From positions 69,940 through 133,939 of the forward strand of contig CAVVTZ010000014.1 in NCBI GenBank assembly GCA_963751275.1: DNA of 64,000 nucleotides, in the 5' to 3' direction. Under the pieces are notes generated by a model that was not told the origin of the DNA, did no database searches, and saw nothing but the letters and a program-made list of their open reading frames with translations. The first letter of the stretch is position 1, and each line of letters starts with the position of its first letter. Shown piece after piece: positions 41,223-52,001 of this stretch. The stretch comes from an uncultured Gemmatimonadaceae bacterium. Its GTDB lineage: Bacteria; Gemmatimonadota; Gemmatimonadetes; Gemmatimonadales; Gemmatimonadaceae. A program made the position numbers and the translations under genes.

Positions 41223-42160
41223 TTCGCGGCGCGCGGGAAGAAATGGAGCGAGCCATTCGCCGCGATCGTGAACGCCGCGCCGCTCCCGCGCCGGACGATC
41301 ACATGCGCGCGCGTGTCCACCAGCGGGACCGCGCCCGCCGGCACGCGCGCGTTCCCCGCCGTGGCGCATGACGTTCGCGGGTCGCGAGCAACGGGAAGCA
41401 CTCCGGCGGCGACGCTGCCGGCCGCGACCGCCGTGGCAATGGAATCGGGGGCGAGCGCAGCAATGCGCAGCTGCGACGCGGCCGGGTGACCGCCGAACGC
41501 GGCCGCGATCCACGGCGCCGCGATGTTCGCGCCCGCGAGCGAGACGATCCGCTCCGCGAGTTGCCGCGCCGTCGCATCCCCCGCCGCGTATGCGACCACC
41601 GGTCGCGGATCGACGGCCGGCGCGGCGGCCGCCTCGGCGCACGCCGCCTCGGTGATCCAGCGGAACGGTTCCGCGGCGCCGCGCGCGTCGGTGGTGACCG
41701 CGTCGCGTGCGAGCGCATCGCGCTCAGCGGGGGACGGCAGCGTGACCGTGGAACTCGCGCGTGCGGCGACGAGCACGTAGGTCGCGCTCCAGGGCAGCGC
41801 GGCAATGAGGTAGTTCGCGCGTCCCGCGGCGTACGCGATGACGTTGGCGTCTTCCGTCACCAGTACATTGAGGCGATACGCGCCGCGGCCGTCGAGGATC
41901 TCGCGGAGGTCCGCTCCGGGAGGCGCCACGTACGGCACGATCACCGGTGGTTCGCGGTCGTACTGGCGCGCGACACCGATCGCGTAGAGGGAATCGGCGG
42001 TGGGAGCGGTGGTGTCGGCGACGACGCCCGGATCGACCGCCCATGCCGAGGGTGGCGTCGCGAGGGGCGCGATGGGCGTGGGAGCAGCTCTGGGTGCCGG
42101 AGCGCAGCCGAGCAGGATGATCGTTGCCGAGATCAGTCGCGGCGCGGTGCGCGGGCCCAT
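41219..42160 (-). CDS. Hypothetical lipoprotein
   Basis: LLGC lipobox; ATGA overlap with kinase. Confidence 0.65.
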   Translation of the reverse strand: MGPRTAPRLISATIILLGCAPAPRAAPTPIAPLATPPSAWAVDPGVVADTTAPTADSLYAIGVARQYDREPPVIVPYVAPPGADLREILDGRGAYRLNVLVTEDANVIAYAAGRANYLIAALPWSATYVLVAARASSTVTLPSPAERDALARDAVTTDARGAAEPFRWITEAACAEAAAAPAVDPRPVVAYAAGDATARQLAERIVSLAGANIAAPWIAAAFGGHPAASQLRIAALAPDSIATAVAAGSVAAGVLPVARDPRTSCATAGNARVPAGAVPLVDTRAHVIVRRGSGAAFTIAANGSLHFFPRAAK

Positions 42161-42208
42161 GCAGAATGATACGCCGCAGTCGAGCGCGCGGCCAACCCAA
42201 ATGTCGGC

Positions 42209-42860
42209 CTAGCGACTCGGGTCGCTCTCGTGGTGCGGCTTGGGGATGACGAGGAGGTTCTTCTCGATCGTCGTCACGTAGCCGAGCGTCTCCTTGTAGC
42301 GCCAGCGCTTGACCTTGGGGGCGACCTCCACCACGCTCTCCCATTCCGCGGGATCGAGCTTCGACTTCTTGGCGACGGCGCGCGCGCGCACGATCGTCAT
42401 GTCGCCCGCGTTGTAACTGGCGAACATGAAGTGCACGCGATCAGTCTCCGCGACCTGCTTACCCCACATCAGCCAGAGCCCGCGGTCGTGCGAGATCCCG
42501 GCGGCGATGTTGGATTGGGGATCGTCGATCGCCTTGTAGCGCGGACTCGTGGACTCGATCATCGCGTACGTGCTCGGCATGAGCTGCATCAGGCCGCGCG
42601 CTCCCACCCGCGAGCGTCGCCGTGGGGATCGAGATCGCTCTCCGCCATCGCCTGCGCCTTGAAGAGCCGCCAGTCGAACCCGTCCCCGAAGAAATGCTTG
42701 CTGTACTTCTTGAAGAGGTGATCGTAGCGCGTCGTCACCTTCTTCCGGCGCGCCGCCGGCGCCGCGGCGCGGCGCGGCAGCGGGCGCGGCCGGCGTGGCG
42801 GCCTGCCGCGCGCCCATCGCGGTCGTGAGCGCCGCGGCGGCGAGCACGAGTGTCGGCGAC
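42209..42860 (-). CDS. SLT-domain lytic transglycosylase (frameshifted)
   Basis: AES, GLMQLMP, ASYNAG, ETLGYV. Confidence 0.88.
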
Positions 42861-42862
42861 GT

Positions 42863-43066
42863 TCAATCCAGCGACCGCCCGATGATGTAGGCGAGCGCGA
42901 GGAAGAGCGCGGCGATGCAGATCGCGACCGCGACGTTCCCCTTCCCCAGCTCGTCCGGGAAATTGACCCGGGGCGTCAGCTTGTCGAAGAGGATGTAGCC
43001 GGCGAACATCAGGATCATCCCGACCGCCGCGTACAGCAGGTTCTCGAGCGCTATCGTGACCTGCAC
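42863..43066 (-). CDS. DUF350 small membrane protein
   Basis: FDKLTP...ELGKGNVAVAI; GGGAGG RBS. Confidence 0.8.
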   Translation of the reverse strand: MQVTIALENLLYAAVGMILMFAGYILFDKLTPRVNFPDELGKGNVAVAICIAALFLALAYIIGRSLD

Positions 43067-44314
43067 GTTACCTCCCGCGTGAAGGCGCAAGCCCGACAGC
43101 GCGAATATAGGAGCGTCGCGTCCGGCCGGACAGCGCGAATCGGCCTCACGTACGCGTTCAGCCCGGGATCGTCGCGGGCGACCAGAATGCTGCGATCGAC
43201 AGTCCCCACATCCGTTCGTCCGCAGAACGCCATCGTGAGATCCAGCTCCTTGTCGATGATCTCCAGCGTCTTGGTGACGCCGGCCTCGCCCAGCGCGCCG
43301 AGTCCGAAGTTCCACGCGCGCCCGATGTACGTTCCCTTCGCGCCCAGCGCGAGCGCCTTCAGCACATCCTGCCCGGTGCGGATGCCGCCGTCCATGTGGA
43401 CCTCGATCCGCGAGCCCACCGCGTCGACGATCGCCGGCAGCGCGCGGATGCTCGACTCCGCGCCGTCCAGCTGCCGGCCGCCGTGATTGCTCACGATCGA
43501 GCGCATCGGCGCCGCTGTCGGCCGCGCGTCTTCGCATCATCGACGTCCTGGATCCCCTTGAGGATCAGCCGGCCGCCCCAGCGCTTCTTGATCCATGCAA
43601 TGTCGCCCCAGCCGAGGCGCGGGTCGAGCTGCGCGTTGGACCATTCGGAGAGCGATCGCATGTTGTCCACGCCCTTGGCGTGTCCGCACAATGTTGCCGA
43701 AGGTGCGGCGCCGCGTGCCGAGCATGCCGAGGCACCAGCGTGGCTTGGTCGGCGAGGTCGATCAAACTGCGGAGCGTGGGCTTCGGCGGCGTCGAGAGCC
43801 CGTTCTTGATGTCCAGGTGGCGCTGGCCGAGCACCTGCAGATCCATCGTGACCATGAGCGCGCCGCAGCGCGCGGCCTTCGCGCGATCGATGAGATCCGC
43901 GGCGAACTCGCGATCGCGCGTGACATAGAGCTGGAACCAGAAGGGCTTGGTGGTGGCCGCCGCGACATCTTCGATCGAGCAGATGCTCATCGTGCTGAGC
44001 GTGAAGGGCACGCCGAACCGCTCGGCGGCGCGGGCGGCGAGGATCTCGCCGTCGGCGTGCATCATGCCGCCGAGTCCGGTGGGCGCGAGCGCGACCGGCA
44101 TCGTCACATCCGTGCCGCACATGGTGGAGCGCGTGCTGCGGTGCTCGATATCGACGCCCACGCGCTGGCGCAGCTTGATGCGCTGGAGATCGTCGCGGTT
44201 GGCACGCAGCGTCGATTCCGTCCAACTGCCGGCGGCGCAGTAATCGTAGAACATGCGGGGGACGCGCCGCGCGGCGAGGCGGCGCAGGTCTTCGATGCTG
44301 GTGATGACGGGCAT
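43051..44314 (-). CDS. FMN-dependent alpha-hydroxy acid dehydrogenase (LldD-like), several frameshifts
   Basis: FYDY..GSW, WFQLYV, LKGI, SNHGGRQLD, DGGIR. Confidence 0.92.
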
Positions 44315-44358
44315 GCGAGAATATGTGCGGTGAGTGCCGCGCCCGGCAGGGCCGTGGA

Positions 44359-44823
44359 CTAGGCCTCCTCGATGCGAGCGCGCGCGGTGTCGGCCGCTGA
44401 CCGCGCGTGGGAGAGGAATTCTTCGATGACGGCGAGGTCGCGCGAGGGCCGGCGCGCCAGCCACTTGGCGGACTCGCGGGTGAGGGGCGCGAAGAGCTCG
44501 CGCTCGCGGTGGCCGCCCTCGAGCGAGAGCATGACGACCACGCGGCGGCGATCGCGTGGATCCGCGACGCGCTGCATGAGCCCCTTGTCCTCCATACGAT
44601 CCAGCAGGGTGGTGACCGCGCCGCTCGTCAGGCGGAGCTGGCGGGCGAGGCGGCCGGCGGGGAGCGAGCCGAGGCGGGCGACGAGTGCCAAGGCGCGCAG
44701 GTCGTTGCGGCTGATGGCGAGAGCGCCGGCGGCGGCCTGATCGAGACGGTCGAGGCTGGCGAGGAGCGCGCGGAGCTCGCGCGCGATCCGGAGCATGAGG
44801 CCAGCACGTTCGGGCGTGGACAT
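44359..44823 (-). CDS. MarR family regulator
   Basis: LTSGAVTTLLDRME...DPRDRR. Confidence 0.9.
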   Translation of the reverse strand: MSTPERAGLMLRIARELRALLASLDRLDQAAAGALAISRNDLRALALVARLGSLPAGRLARQLRLTSGAVTTLLDRMEDKGLMQRVADPRDRRRVVVMLSLEGGHRERELFAPLTRESAKWLARRPSRDLAVIEEFLSHARSAADTARARIEEA

Positions 44824-44832
44824 CGTTGGTCC

Positions 44833-44861
44833 CTTGATGATCAAGTTATTCGATCATCAAG
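44833..44861. promoter_or_regulatory. Palindromic operator candidate upstream of marR
   Basis: CTTGATGATC-N9-GATCATCAAG. Confidence 0.65.
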
Positions 44862-44938
44862 CTACCATGACAATTGGCGCGGGTACACCCTATCGATGAT
44901 TCCGCGTCATCGACCCGATCGCGGCCGCCGCTCTCCGG

Positions 44939-46288
44939 TCACTCTCGCGCTCCCGCGGCGACGGCATCGAGCATCCGATCCAGATCGGGACGGTCGAACA
45001 CCCTGCCCCGGAGGATTACGGCGTCGATCTCCCGCGTCGCCGAGATCTTCTTCAGCGGGTCGGACCGCAGGAGCACCAGATCGGCCACCTGGCCTACGGC
45101 GATCGATCCCATCGAGTCGCGCGCCGCGAGATACTCGGCGGGTGCGAGCGTCGCGGCGCGCAGCGCTTCGAGCGGTGTGAGACCGCCTTCCACGAGGAGT
45201 CCGAGCTCGTCGTGCAGACTGAAGCCCGGATAGCTGAACGCGACGCCGGCGTCGGTGCCCGCGAGCAGCGGTACCTTCTCGTGCGCGAGGAAACCGGCGA
45301 GCCAGAGTTCGACCGCGTAGGTCTTTCGCTTCGACGCGGCGTACGCGCCCCCGCGCTTGATCCTGGATGCGCGTTCCGCCATCCACTCCGCGCGCAATGA
45401 CGGCGGGAGATAGCGCAGCCGCTCGTCCGTCGCCATCGCGGAGTCGTCGAAGAACGCCTTCGCGCGCAGCACAACGAGCGTCGGCACCTGCCACGTGTGT
45501 TCGGTGCGGAAGACCGCGGCCAGTTGCTCGCAGGCCGCCACCGCGTTCGGCGAGCAGAACGGCTCGATCTCGTCGCGCATGTGTTCGATGCTGCGCTGCC
45601 CCGCGCGCGCCGCTTCTTCGGGCGTCACCGACGCCGGCACGTGGCCCGCGACGGGCAGCCCCATGCGATGCGCCTCGGCGATGGTGGCGTAGTACGCATT
45701 GCGCGGGAGGAGCGTGTACACCTTGATGAAATCCACGTGCGCGCGCGCGAGCGAATCCACGGCGGCGATAGCGGCCGCCGAGTCGGCGACGGGAATCGAG
45801 ATGTCAGCCTGCACGGGCTTGGGCCCATCGAGGATCTCGCCGGAGGCGACCACCCGGGGCCATGGCGGATTTACGCGGGTCACGGAATCGCGGAAGGCCG
45901 CGAGCACGGCCAGCGTGCCTCCCATGTCGCGAATGCCGGTGACGCCCTGCGAGACGTACAGCGGCAAGAACGACCGCATCGCCTCGAGGCTCCAGAGCGA
46001 GTGGCTGTGCATGTCCCACAAACCAGGGATCAAGTAGCGGCCGCGTCCGTCGATTACCTTGGCGCCTTTCGGAGCAGCGACGGTCGCCGCCGGACCGACC
46101 TGGGTGATCCGGCGGCCTACTATGACCACGGTCGTGTGCGGGCGCAGCTTTCCTGCGAGGACATTGACCACTGTCACATTGCGAATGACCACCGCCCGCG
46201 GATCGGCGGGCGACTGCGCGGCGCCCGGCGCTGCAAAATGAAGTGCGAGCAGCAGGCCGCAGAGCAGCCAGCGACGCCGGGTTCTCAT
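44939..46288 (-). CDS. Exported amidohydrolase
   Basis: PGLWDMHSH, IKVY, AGH, SIEH, AGTD. Confidence 0.92.
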   Translation of the reverse strand: MRTRRRWLLCGLLLALHFAAPGAAQSPADPRAVVIRNVTVVNVLAGKLRPHTTVVIVGRRITQVGPAATVAAPKGAKVIDGRGRYLIPGLWDMHSHSLWSLEAMRSFLPLYVSQGVTGIRDMGGTLAVLAAFRDSVTRVNPPWPRVVASGEILDGPKPVQADISIPVADSAAAIAAVDSLARAHVDFIKVYTLLPRNAYYATIAEAHRMGLPVAGHVPASVTPEEAARAGQRSIEHMRDEIEPFCSPNAVAACEQLAAVFRTEHTWQVPTLVVLRAKAFFDDSAMATDERLRYLPPSLRAEWMAERASRIKRGGAYAASKRKTYAVELWLAGFLAHEKVPLLAGTDAGVAFSYPGFSLHDELGLLVEGGLTPLEALRAATLAPAEYLAARDSMGSIAVGQVADLVLLRSDPLKKISATREIDAVILRGRVFDRPDLDRMLDAVAAGARE

Positions 46289-46308
46289 GGCCCTCCCCTT
46301 GATATCGA

Positions 46309-47484
46309 TCAGCGCGCCGGAAAGTCGTACACCGGCAACTCGATCTGATCGCGGAGGTTGCGGCCAATGAAATACTCGGCAATGAACGGCACTCGCAACA
46401 GCTTCGTCACGGCGTTCCGGAACGCGATCCCAAGCGAAGTGGCCGGCGCGAACGACGACGCGAACTTCGCCGCGGACGCCTGCTTCGCTCGCAGGAACGG
46501 CATGAGGCGCTGCTCATAGTTGCGGAACGCGGTGGCATAATCCCCGCCGCAGGCGTGCAGCTCGCCGGCCAGGACATACGCCTCGGCGATCGCCAACCCG
46601 GTCCCCTCGCCCGCCATCAGCGAGACGCACGCCGCCGCGTCGCCTATCAGCGCGACGCGTCCCTTGCTCCAGCGGTCCATGCGGATCTGACTCACGCTGT
46701 CGAAGTAGAGACTGCTCGCGGCTTCGAGCTCCTGCTCGATCTGAGGCCACTCCCAGCCCGCCCCTGCGAACGCGCTCTTGAGCGCCGACTTCGGGTCGTC
46801 GCCGTGCAGATACTCATCGCGAACGATCAGCAAGAAGAGCGTCCGGTCGTCGCGCATCGTGAAGCGTGACAGCTGCCGGCCGGGGAGGTTATGACTGACG
46901 AACACCAACTCGTCGCGCGACCGATAGCCGGCGACCTCGAAGGCCGCAACATGGTAACCCAACGGGGCCTCGAACTCCGATTCCGGGCCGAAGACCAGGC
47001 GGCGGACCCGCGAATGCAGCCCACCGGCGCCGATGACGAGGTCGGCGTGCCGCGGCGCTGCGTGATCGAAGGTGACGACCACGCCGTCATCGCGCTCCTC
47101 GATGCCGGCTACCGAGTCGCCGAAGATCGTCTCCACCCGCCCCTCGATGGCCTGATAGATCGTGGCCGAGATGTCGGCGCGGCGCACGCTCGTGAAGCGG
47201 TCGTTGGTCAGTCCGAAGAAGATGCCGACGTCGAATCCACCTTGCTTCCGGCCATCGCGATCGACGACGCGGACCTCGCGCATGTGGTAGCCCAGGCGCC
47301 GGATCTCGCCGATCAGCCCCATGCGCTCGACGATGTCGTAGCCGAGTCCCCAGAAATCGATGATGTACCCATCGCGCCGGAGCGCCGGTGCCTCCTCGAC
47401 GAGCAGCACCGAGTGCCCCGATCGAGTGAGCCAGTAGGCGAGCGCCGGCCCGGCGACGCCGATACCATTGATGACGATCTTCAC
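46309..47484 (-). CDS. FAD-dependent monooxygenase/oxidoreductase
   Basis: GIGVAG, LIGDAA...GEG. Confidence 0.9.
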   Translation of the reverse strand: MKIVINGIGVAGPALAYWLTRSGHSVLLVEEAPALRRDGYIIDFWGLGYDIVERMGLIGEIRRLGYHMREVRVVDRDGRKQGGFDVGIFFGLTNDRFTSVRRADISATIYQAIEGRVETIFGDSVAGIEERDDGVVVTFDHAAPRHADLVIGAGGLHSRVRRLVFGPESEFEAPLGYHVAAFEVAGYRSRDELVFVSHNLPGRQLSRFTMRDDRTLFLLIVRDEYLHGDDPKSALKSAFAGAGWEWPQIEQELEAASSLYFDSVSQIRMDRWSKGRVALIGDAAACVSLMAGEGTGLAIAEAYVLAGELHACGGDYATAFRNYEQRLMPFLRAKQASAAKFASSFAPATSLGIAFRNAVTKLLRVPFIAEYFIGRNLRDQIELPVYDFPAR

Positions 47485-48070
47485 CGTTGCACCTCCCTCG
47501 CTTGGATGCCACTGGAACTTCGCACTGCGTAGCGGAGATCCACCACGCCGCTCTTGTATGCTTTGACCTCGGCGAGATGCAGCGCGATGTCGCTGTCGAG
47601 CCTCTGGAAGAACGGGACCCCATCCCCGATCAGCACCGGGAGAATGGAATAACGCACTTCGTCGGCGAGGCCGAGCCGAAGGCACTCGGCGCAGACCATC
47701 CCGCCTCCGACGAACCAGATGTTCTCGAACACCCCCCGCAGCCGTTCGTTCACGAAGCGCGCGAGATCGCCGGAATAGAACTCGACCTTCTCGCGCGTGC
47801 GCGGCAGCTTGCGGCTCGTGAGGACGAAGGTGGGTTTGTCGCCGTACGCCCACCCCGCCCCCTGCGCATCGAATTGCAGCGCCGTCTCGTACGTGCGCGA
47901 TCCCATGACGTAGCAGTCGATCGAACTCAGGAATGCCTCGACCGCTCCCGGCTCCATCGTCCCCCGCCGGCGAATTCGTCCGACGTCTCCATCCAGTCGA
48001 CGCGTCCATCCGTGCGCGCGATGAACCCGTCGAGACTCGCCGCCATGTGGATCGTGACGCGGCTACTGAT
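47481..48070 (-). CDS. Dihydrofolate reductase-like (RibD C-terminal) protein, frameshifted
   Basis: HMAASLDGFIA, MGSRTYE, VGGG, PVLIGDG. Confidence 0.85.
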
Positions 48071-48134
48071 ACGACGTCCCTCTCGGTCCCTTGATGATCA
48101 CGACCACGAAGCGTGTCTTCATCGGGTTGGTCCT

Positions 48135-48206
48135 TGCGGGTCGCGGGTCGGTTGCTCCCTCGTGGCGGGACTGTCCCAGTGGCTCCTCCGTCGGCTGCGA
48201 CGGCAG
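48135..48206 (-). other. Eroded attC relic
   Basis: 48180-48206 matches 63403-63429 of an attC at 24/27; TGCGGGT about 45 bp away. Confidence 0.5.
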
Positions 48207-48317
48207 CTAACGATGATGCGAACCGGCGGCAGCTTCAAGACAGGCTTCCTGCCAGCTGCCGATCGTCATTCCCCCACCGAGTCGGCGGAGTCGCTGTGCG
48301 GGTGCGTGACATGCGGA

Positions 48318-48803
48318 TCACGAGGTGGCGTATGCCGCGTGCCACGATGCGATCTGCACATGGTGCGCAGCCCACGCGCCCCACACCGACTCCGCCCACG
48401 CTCGCGCGCCCTGCGCGATCGCATCGTCCGGCCCCGCGATCGGCATGTCGAACACCGTGAGCGTTCCCGCGAACGACGGCGGCTCGAGCCAGCGGAACGC
48501 ACCCTTGTGCCTGGCGAACCGCGGAATGCCGGCCGGCCGGCCGCGCACGAGATAGTCGTAGAGATTCAGCAGGTGCACGGCCACTGACTGGATGGCCTGC
48601 GGATTCGGCGTGCCCGGATGTTGCGCCGCGTACGCGTCAACGCACATCTGGCGCGCCGTCTGCAATGACGGCGCAATGGAGAGAACGCCAAGCAGTTCTC
48701 CGTACCGCGCCCAACACGCCGGCGCCGAGGTCATGTAGCGGTGGATCGGGCCATCGACCTCGGGAACCGACGCGCCGCATCCGACGCATTGCTCGGTCGT
48801 CAT
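48318..48803 (-). CDS. DUF5946-like protein
   Basis: CxxCG...ACW...VDAYAAQHP...VAVHL. Confidence 0.7.
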   Translation of the reverse strand: MTTEQCVGCGASVPEVDGPIHRYMTSAPACWARYGELLGVLSIAPSLQTARQMCVDAYAAQHPGTPNPQAIQSVAVHLLNLYDYLVRGRPAGIPRFARHKGAFRWLEPPSFAGTLTVFDMPIAGPDDAIAQGARAWAESVWGAWAAHHVQIASWHAAYATS

Positions 48804-48872
48804 GCCGCCAACCCGAGTATCTCGCTGGCCACGCTCAGGTCGAAGCCGCGCACGTTGACCTCGCTCGTCGCG

Positions 48873-49367
48873 CTAGAACGGCCGCTCGTCCGCCGTCGGC
48901 CCGTAGCACGGCGGCACCGGAATGTCATTCAGTCGCAAATACACGCCCAATTGCGCGCGATGATGCACCAAGTGGTTCAGATGCGTGCGCACGACGACGG
49001 TGCGCGGCGCATCCCACGCCACTCGCTCGCCCACCCGGAGCTGCCAATTCTTCTTCCATTCCGCATCCGGCGTGGCCAGCAGCGCCGCGCGGGCCTCCGC
49101 GACATTCTTGTCGAAGAGCTTCAGCAGATCCTCCGTGCTCTCGTACGAATAGCCGCCGCCGGGACGCCCGAGGTCCAGGAACGGATGGCGGAGCGTATCA
49201 CGGATCCAGCCCGGCATCCACGACACCAGCTGCGCGAGATGCCCGAACGAGAATGACTTCGCGTGCGGCTTCCATTGACCCTTGTCGGTGGGCACGCGTT
49301 CCAACGCCTTGCGCGTGGTCGCCATCTCCTCGTCGAACTCGCGGATGAAGTCCTTTCCGATGCTCAT
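48873..49367 (-). CDS. DinB family protein
   Basis: WKPHAKS...HLVHHRAQLGVYLR...YGP. Confidence 0.9.
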   Translation of the reverse strand: MSIGKDFIREFDEEMATTRKALERVPTDKGQWKPHAKSFSFGHLAQLVSWMPGWIRDTLRHPFLDLGRPGGGYSYESTEDLLKLFDKNVAEARAALLATPDAEWKKNWQLRVGERVAWDAPRTVVVRTHLNHLVHHRAQLGVYLRLNDIPVPPCYGPTADERPF

Positions 49368-49394
49368 CGGCTGCCCTCCGTGTTGATCCAACTC

Positions 49395-49730
49395 CTAGCC
49401 GCGCGACGGACTGGGCCGCACCATCCGGTACACGCTCCGCAGGGCGAAGATGGCCGTTCCCCACGTCAGTCCGGAGGCGAAGAACGTCAGAATGGGGTAA
49501 GGGAATGACGTCGTGTCGACATGAGGGTCATGTGATACGATCACCGCGAACCGCGCGCCTGGGAGCCAGAGCAATTCCACGAGTCGAGACAGCCACATCG
49601 CGACTCCGTACGGAAGGATCGATGTGAGCGTCCGCTCGATCTGCCCCGGGATCGCACTCGCGACGGTGGCGAGGACGCCCACCGGGACGCATGTCGAAAG
49701 CCAGGACCGTGTGGTGGAGGGAGTAGTCAT
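49395..49730 (-). CDS. Hypothetical membrane protein
   Basis: Hydrophobic ORF filling the intergenic gap. Confidence 0.5.
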   Translation of the reverse strand: MTTPSTTRSWLSTCVPVGVLATVASAIPGQIERTLTSILPYGVAMWLSRLVELLWLPGARFAVIVSHDPHVDTTSFPYPILTFFASGLTWGTAIFALRSVYRMVRPSPSRG

Positions 49731-49844
49731 ACCGGGACGCTAGCGAACTCGGCGTCGCGATTCAATAGTGGACACGGGACCGCTCTCCGCTCCGCAGCTG
49801 GCGCCAGGACTGCGCAAGCGAAGCGCGCAGCCTGTCCCAATACA

Positions 49845-51515
49845 ATGCCGCGCCATACCTTCGTCACGATGCGCGCCTTCCTGCCGCCGGGCCTCCCATG
49901 GCGCACGACACTCCGCGCCGACGTCGTTGCCGGACTCACCACCGCCGCGGTGGTGCTGCCCAAGGCCATGGCCTACGCGACGATCGCCGGGCTCCCCGTG
50001 CAGGTCGGGCTCTATACCGCCGTCGTGCCGATGCTCGTGTATGCGTTCCTCGGCACCTCGCGCCCGTTGAGCGTGAGCACCACCACGACGATCGCGATCC
50101 TCACGGCCGCCGAACTCTCGCAAGCCGTGCCCGACGGCAACGCGGCCGGGCTCATCGCCGCGGCCGTGACGCTCGCCGCGCTCACGGGCGTAGTGCTCGC
50201 GGTGGCCGGCCTGCTCCGGCTCGGATTCCTCGCGAAGTTCATCTCCGATCCGGTGCTCGTAGGCTTCAAGGCGGGGATCGGCCTCGTCATCGTCGTGGAC
50301 CAGCTGCCGAAATTCCTTGGCGTGCACATCGACAAGGGCGGCTGGCTGCACAATCTCCTGGCCACGGTGGCGCAGCTGCCGCACGTGTCGATGCCCACCG
50401 CGCTGATCGCGCTGCTCACCGCGGGGCTGCTCGTGGGCCTGGGGCATTTCCTGCCGCGGTCCCCCGCTCCGCTCCTCGCGATCGGCGCCGCGATCGCGGT
50501 CTCGGCGGTGCTGGGACTCCAAGCATCCGGCGTCTCCATCGTCGGCGCGATCCCGGCCGGACTGCCGGCCTTCGCGATGCCGAGCATCGCGCTCGCTCAA
50601 ATACTGTGGCCTGGCGCGCTCGGCATCGCGCTCATGAGCTTCACCGAGACGATCGCCGCGGGGCGCGCATTCGCCGAGAAGGGGGAGCCGCGCCCGGAAC
50701 CGAATCGCGAACTGTTCGCCACCGGCGCGGCCAACATTGCCGGCGGATTCTTCGGCGGAATGCCCGCGGGCGGCGGCACGTCACAGACCGCGGTGAACCG
50801 TCACGCCGGCGCGCGCACGCAGATGGCCGGCCTCGTGACCGCGCTCACCGGCGCGGCCACACTGCTCTTCCTCTCGCCCGTGCTCGCGCTCATGCCGCTC
50901 GCCGCGCTCGCGGCGGTGGTGATCGTCACGTCGCTGCCGCTCATCAGCATCGCGAGCTTCCGCGCGATCCGCCGCTATCGCGTGGTGGAATTCACGTGGA
51001 CGCTGGCCGCCTGCGCCGGCGTGGTGGTGCTCGGCACGCTGAACGGCATCCTCGTGGCCGTCGCGCTCTCCATGGTGGCGCTGATCTATCTCGCCTCGCA
51101 CCCGCCCGTGTACGTGATGGTGCGCAAGCCGGGCACCGATGTCTTCCGTCCTATCTCGGCCGAGCATCCCGAGGATGAGCAGGTGCCGGGGCTGCTGATC
51201 ATGCGCGTGGACGGCCGCATCCATTTCGCCAACGTGGAATACATCGGCGACCAGATGTGGCCGCACATCATTGCCGAGCAGCCGAAGGTGGTACTGCTCG
51301 ACTGCAGCGCGATCGTGGGCTTCGAGTACACCGCGCTCATGGCGCTGAGCGACGCGGAGGAGCGGCTGCGGGCGGACGGGATCGAACTCCGGCTGGCGCG
51401 GCTGAGCCCCGAGGCGCTGGCGCAAGTGCAACGGACTTCGCTCGGCGATCTGCTCGGCCGCGAGCGGATGCACTTCACGCTCGCGCAGGCGGTGGAGGCG
51501 TACCGGGCGCGCTAG
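49845..51515 (+). CDS. sulP: SulP family anion transporter with STAS domain
   Basis: DVVAGLT...AMAYA...GLY; C-terminal STAS (IHFAN, LLDCS). Confidence 0.95.
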   Translation: MPRHTFVTMRAFLPPGLPWRTTLRADVVAGLTTAAVVLPKAMAYATIAGLPVQVGLYTAVVPMLVYAFLGTSRPLSVSTTTTIAILTAAELSQAVPDGNAAGLIAAAVTLAALTGVVLAVAGLLRLGFLAKFISDPVLVGFKAGIGLVIVVDQLPKFLGVHIDKGGWLHNLLATVAQLPHVSMPTALIALLTAGLLVGLGHFLPRSPAPLLAIGAAIAVSAVLGLQASGVSIVGAIPAGLPAFAMPSIALAQILWPGALGIALMSFTETIAAGRAFAEKGEPRPEPNRELFATGAANIAGGFFGGMPAGGGTSQTAVNRHAGARTQMAGLVTALTGAATLLFLSPVLALMPLAALAAVVIVTSLPLISIASFRAIRRYRVVEFTWTLAACAGVVVLGTLNGILVAVALSMVALIYLASHPPVYVMVRKPGTDVFRPISAEHPEDEQVPGLLIMRVDGRIHFANVEYIGDQMWPHIIAEQPKVVLLDCSAIVGFEYTALMALSDAEERLRADGIELRLARLSPEALAQVQRTSLGDLLGRERMHFTLAQAVEAYRAR

Positions 51516-51519
51516 GACT

Positions 51520-51906
51520 TCACTGCCCTTCCGGTGGTTCCCAGAGCTCGACCTTGTTCCCCTCCGGATCCATGACCCAGCCGAACTTTCCGAAGTCGGA
51601 GTCATCCGTCTTGTCGAGCACGTCGCATCCTTCTTCGCGCAGCGCCTTGAGCAAGGCGGCGAGATCGGCGACTCGATAGTTGACCATGAAGGTCGCCTTG
51701 CTCGGTGCGAATTGATCACCGCCGGCGGGGCCAATGGACCAGGCGGTAGTCCCCTTCGTCGGATTGCCCCTGTCATCCGCCCAATCGAACGCGGCGCCGC
51801 CCCATGGCTGCACATCGATGCCGAGGTGCTTCTTGTACCAGGCGGCCAACGATTTGGGATCCCGCGCGTGGAAGAAGATCCCGCCGATGCCGGTGACTCG
51901 CTTCAT
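51520..51906 (-). CDS. VOC family protein
   Basis: MKRVTGIGGIFF...DPEGNKVELWEP. Confidence 0.92.
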   Translation of the reverse strand: MKRVTGIGGIFFHARDPKSLAAWYKKHLGIDVQPWGGAAFDWADDRGNPTKGTTAWSIGPAGGDQFAPSKATFMVNYRVADLAALLKALREEGCDVLDKTDDSDFGKFGWVMDPEGNKVELWEPPEGQ

Positions 51907-52001
51907 GTCGTCGCTCCTCGTTCTTGGGTCACAGCCAGCCACGATCTCCTGTCCCCGTTGTCCTGCGCAACCACGTTATCCGCGTTGATACTGGGACAAG
52001 C

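Noticed and set aside
38424..41642. 1072-aa kinase ORF
   Set aside because: Frameshift read-through; the kinase ends at 39599 in another frame
46309..48009. 566-aa apparent fusion ORF
   Set aside because: Upstream part is an off-frame reading of the DHFR-like gene; the monooxygenase starts at GTG 47484
49738..49830. Possible attC relic (GCAAGCGAAGCGCGC) before sulP
   Set aside because: Only the central motif resembles attC; arms not alignable
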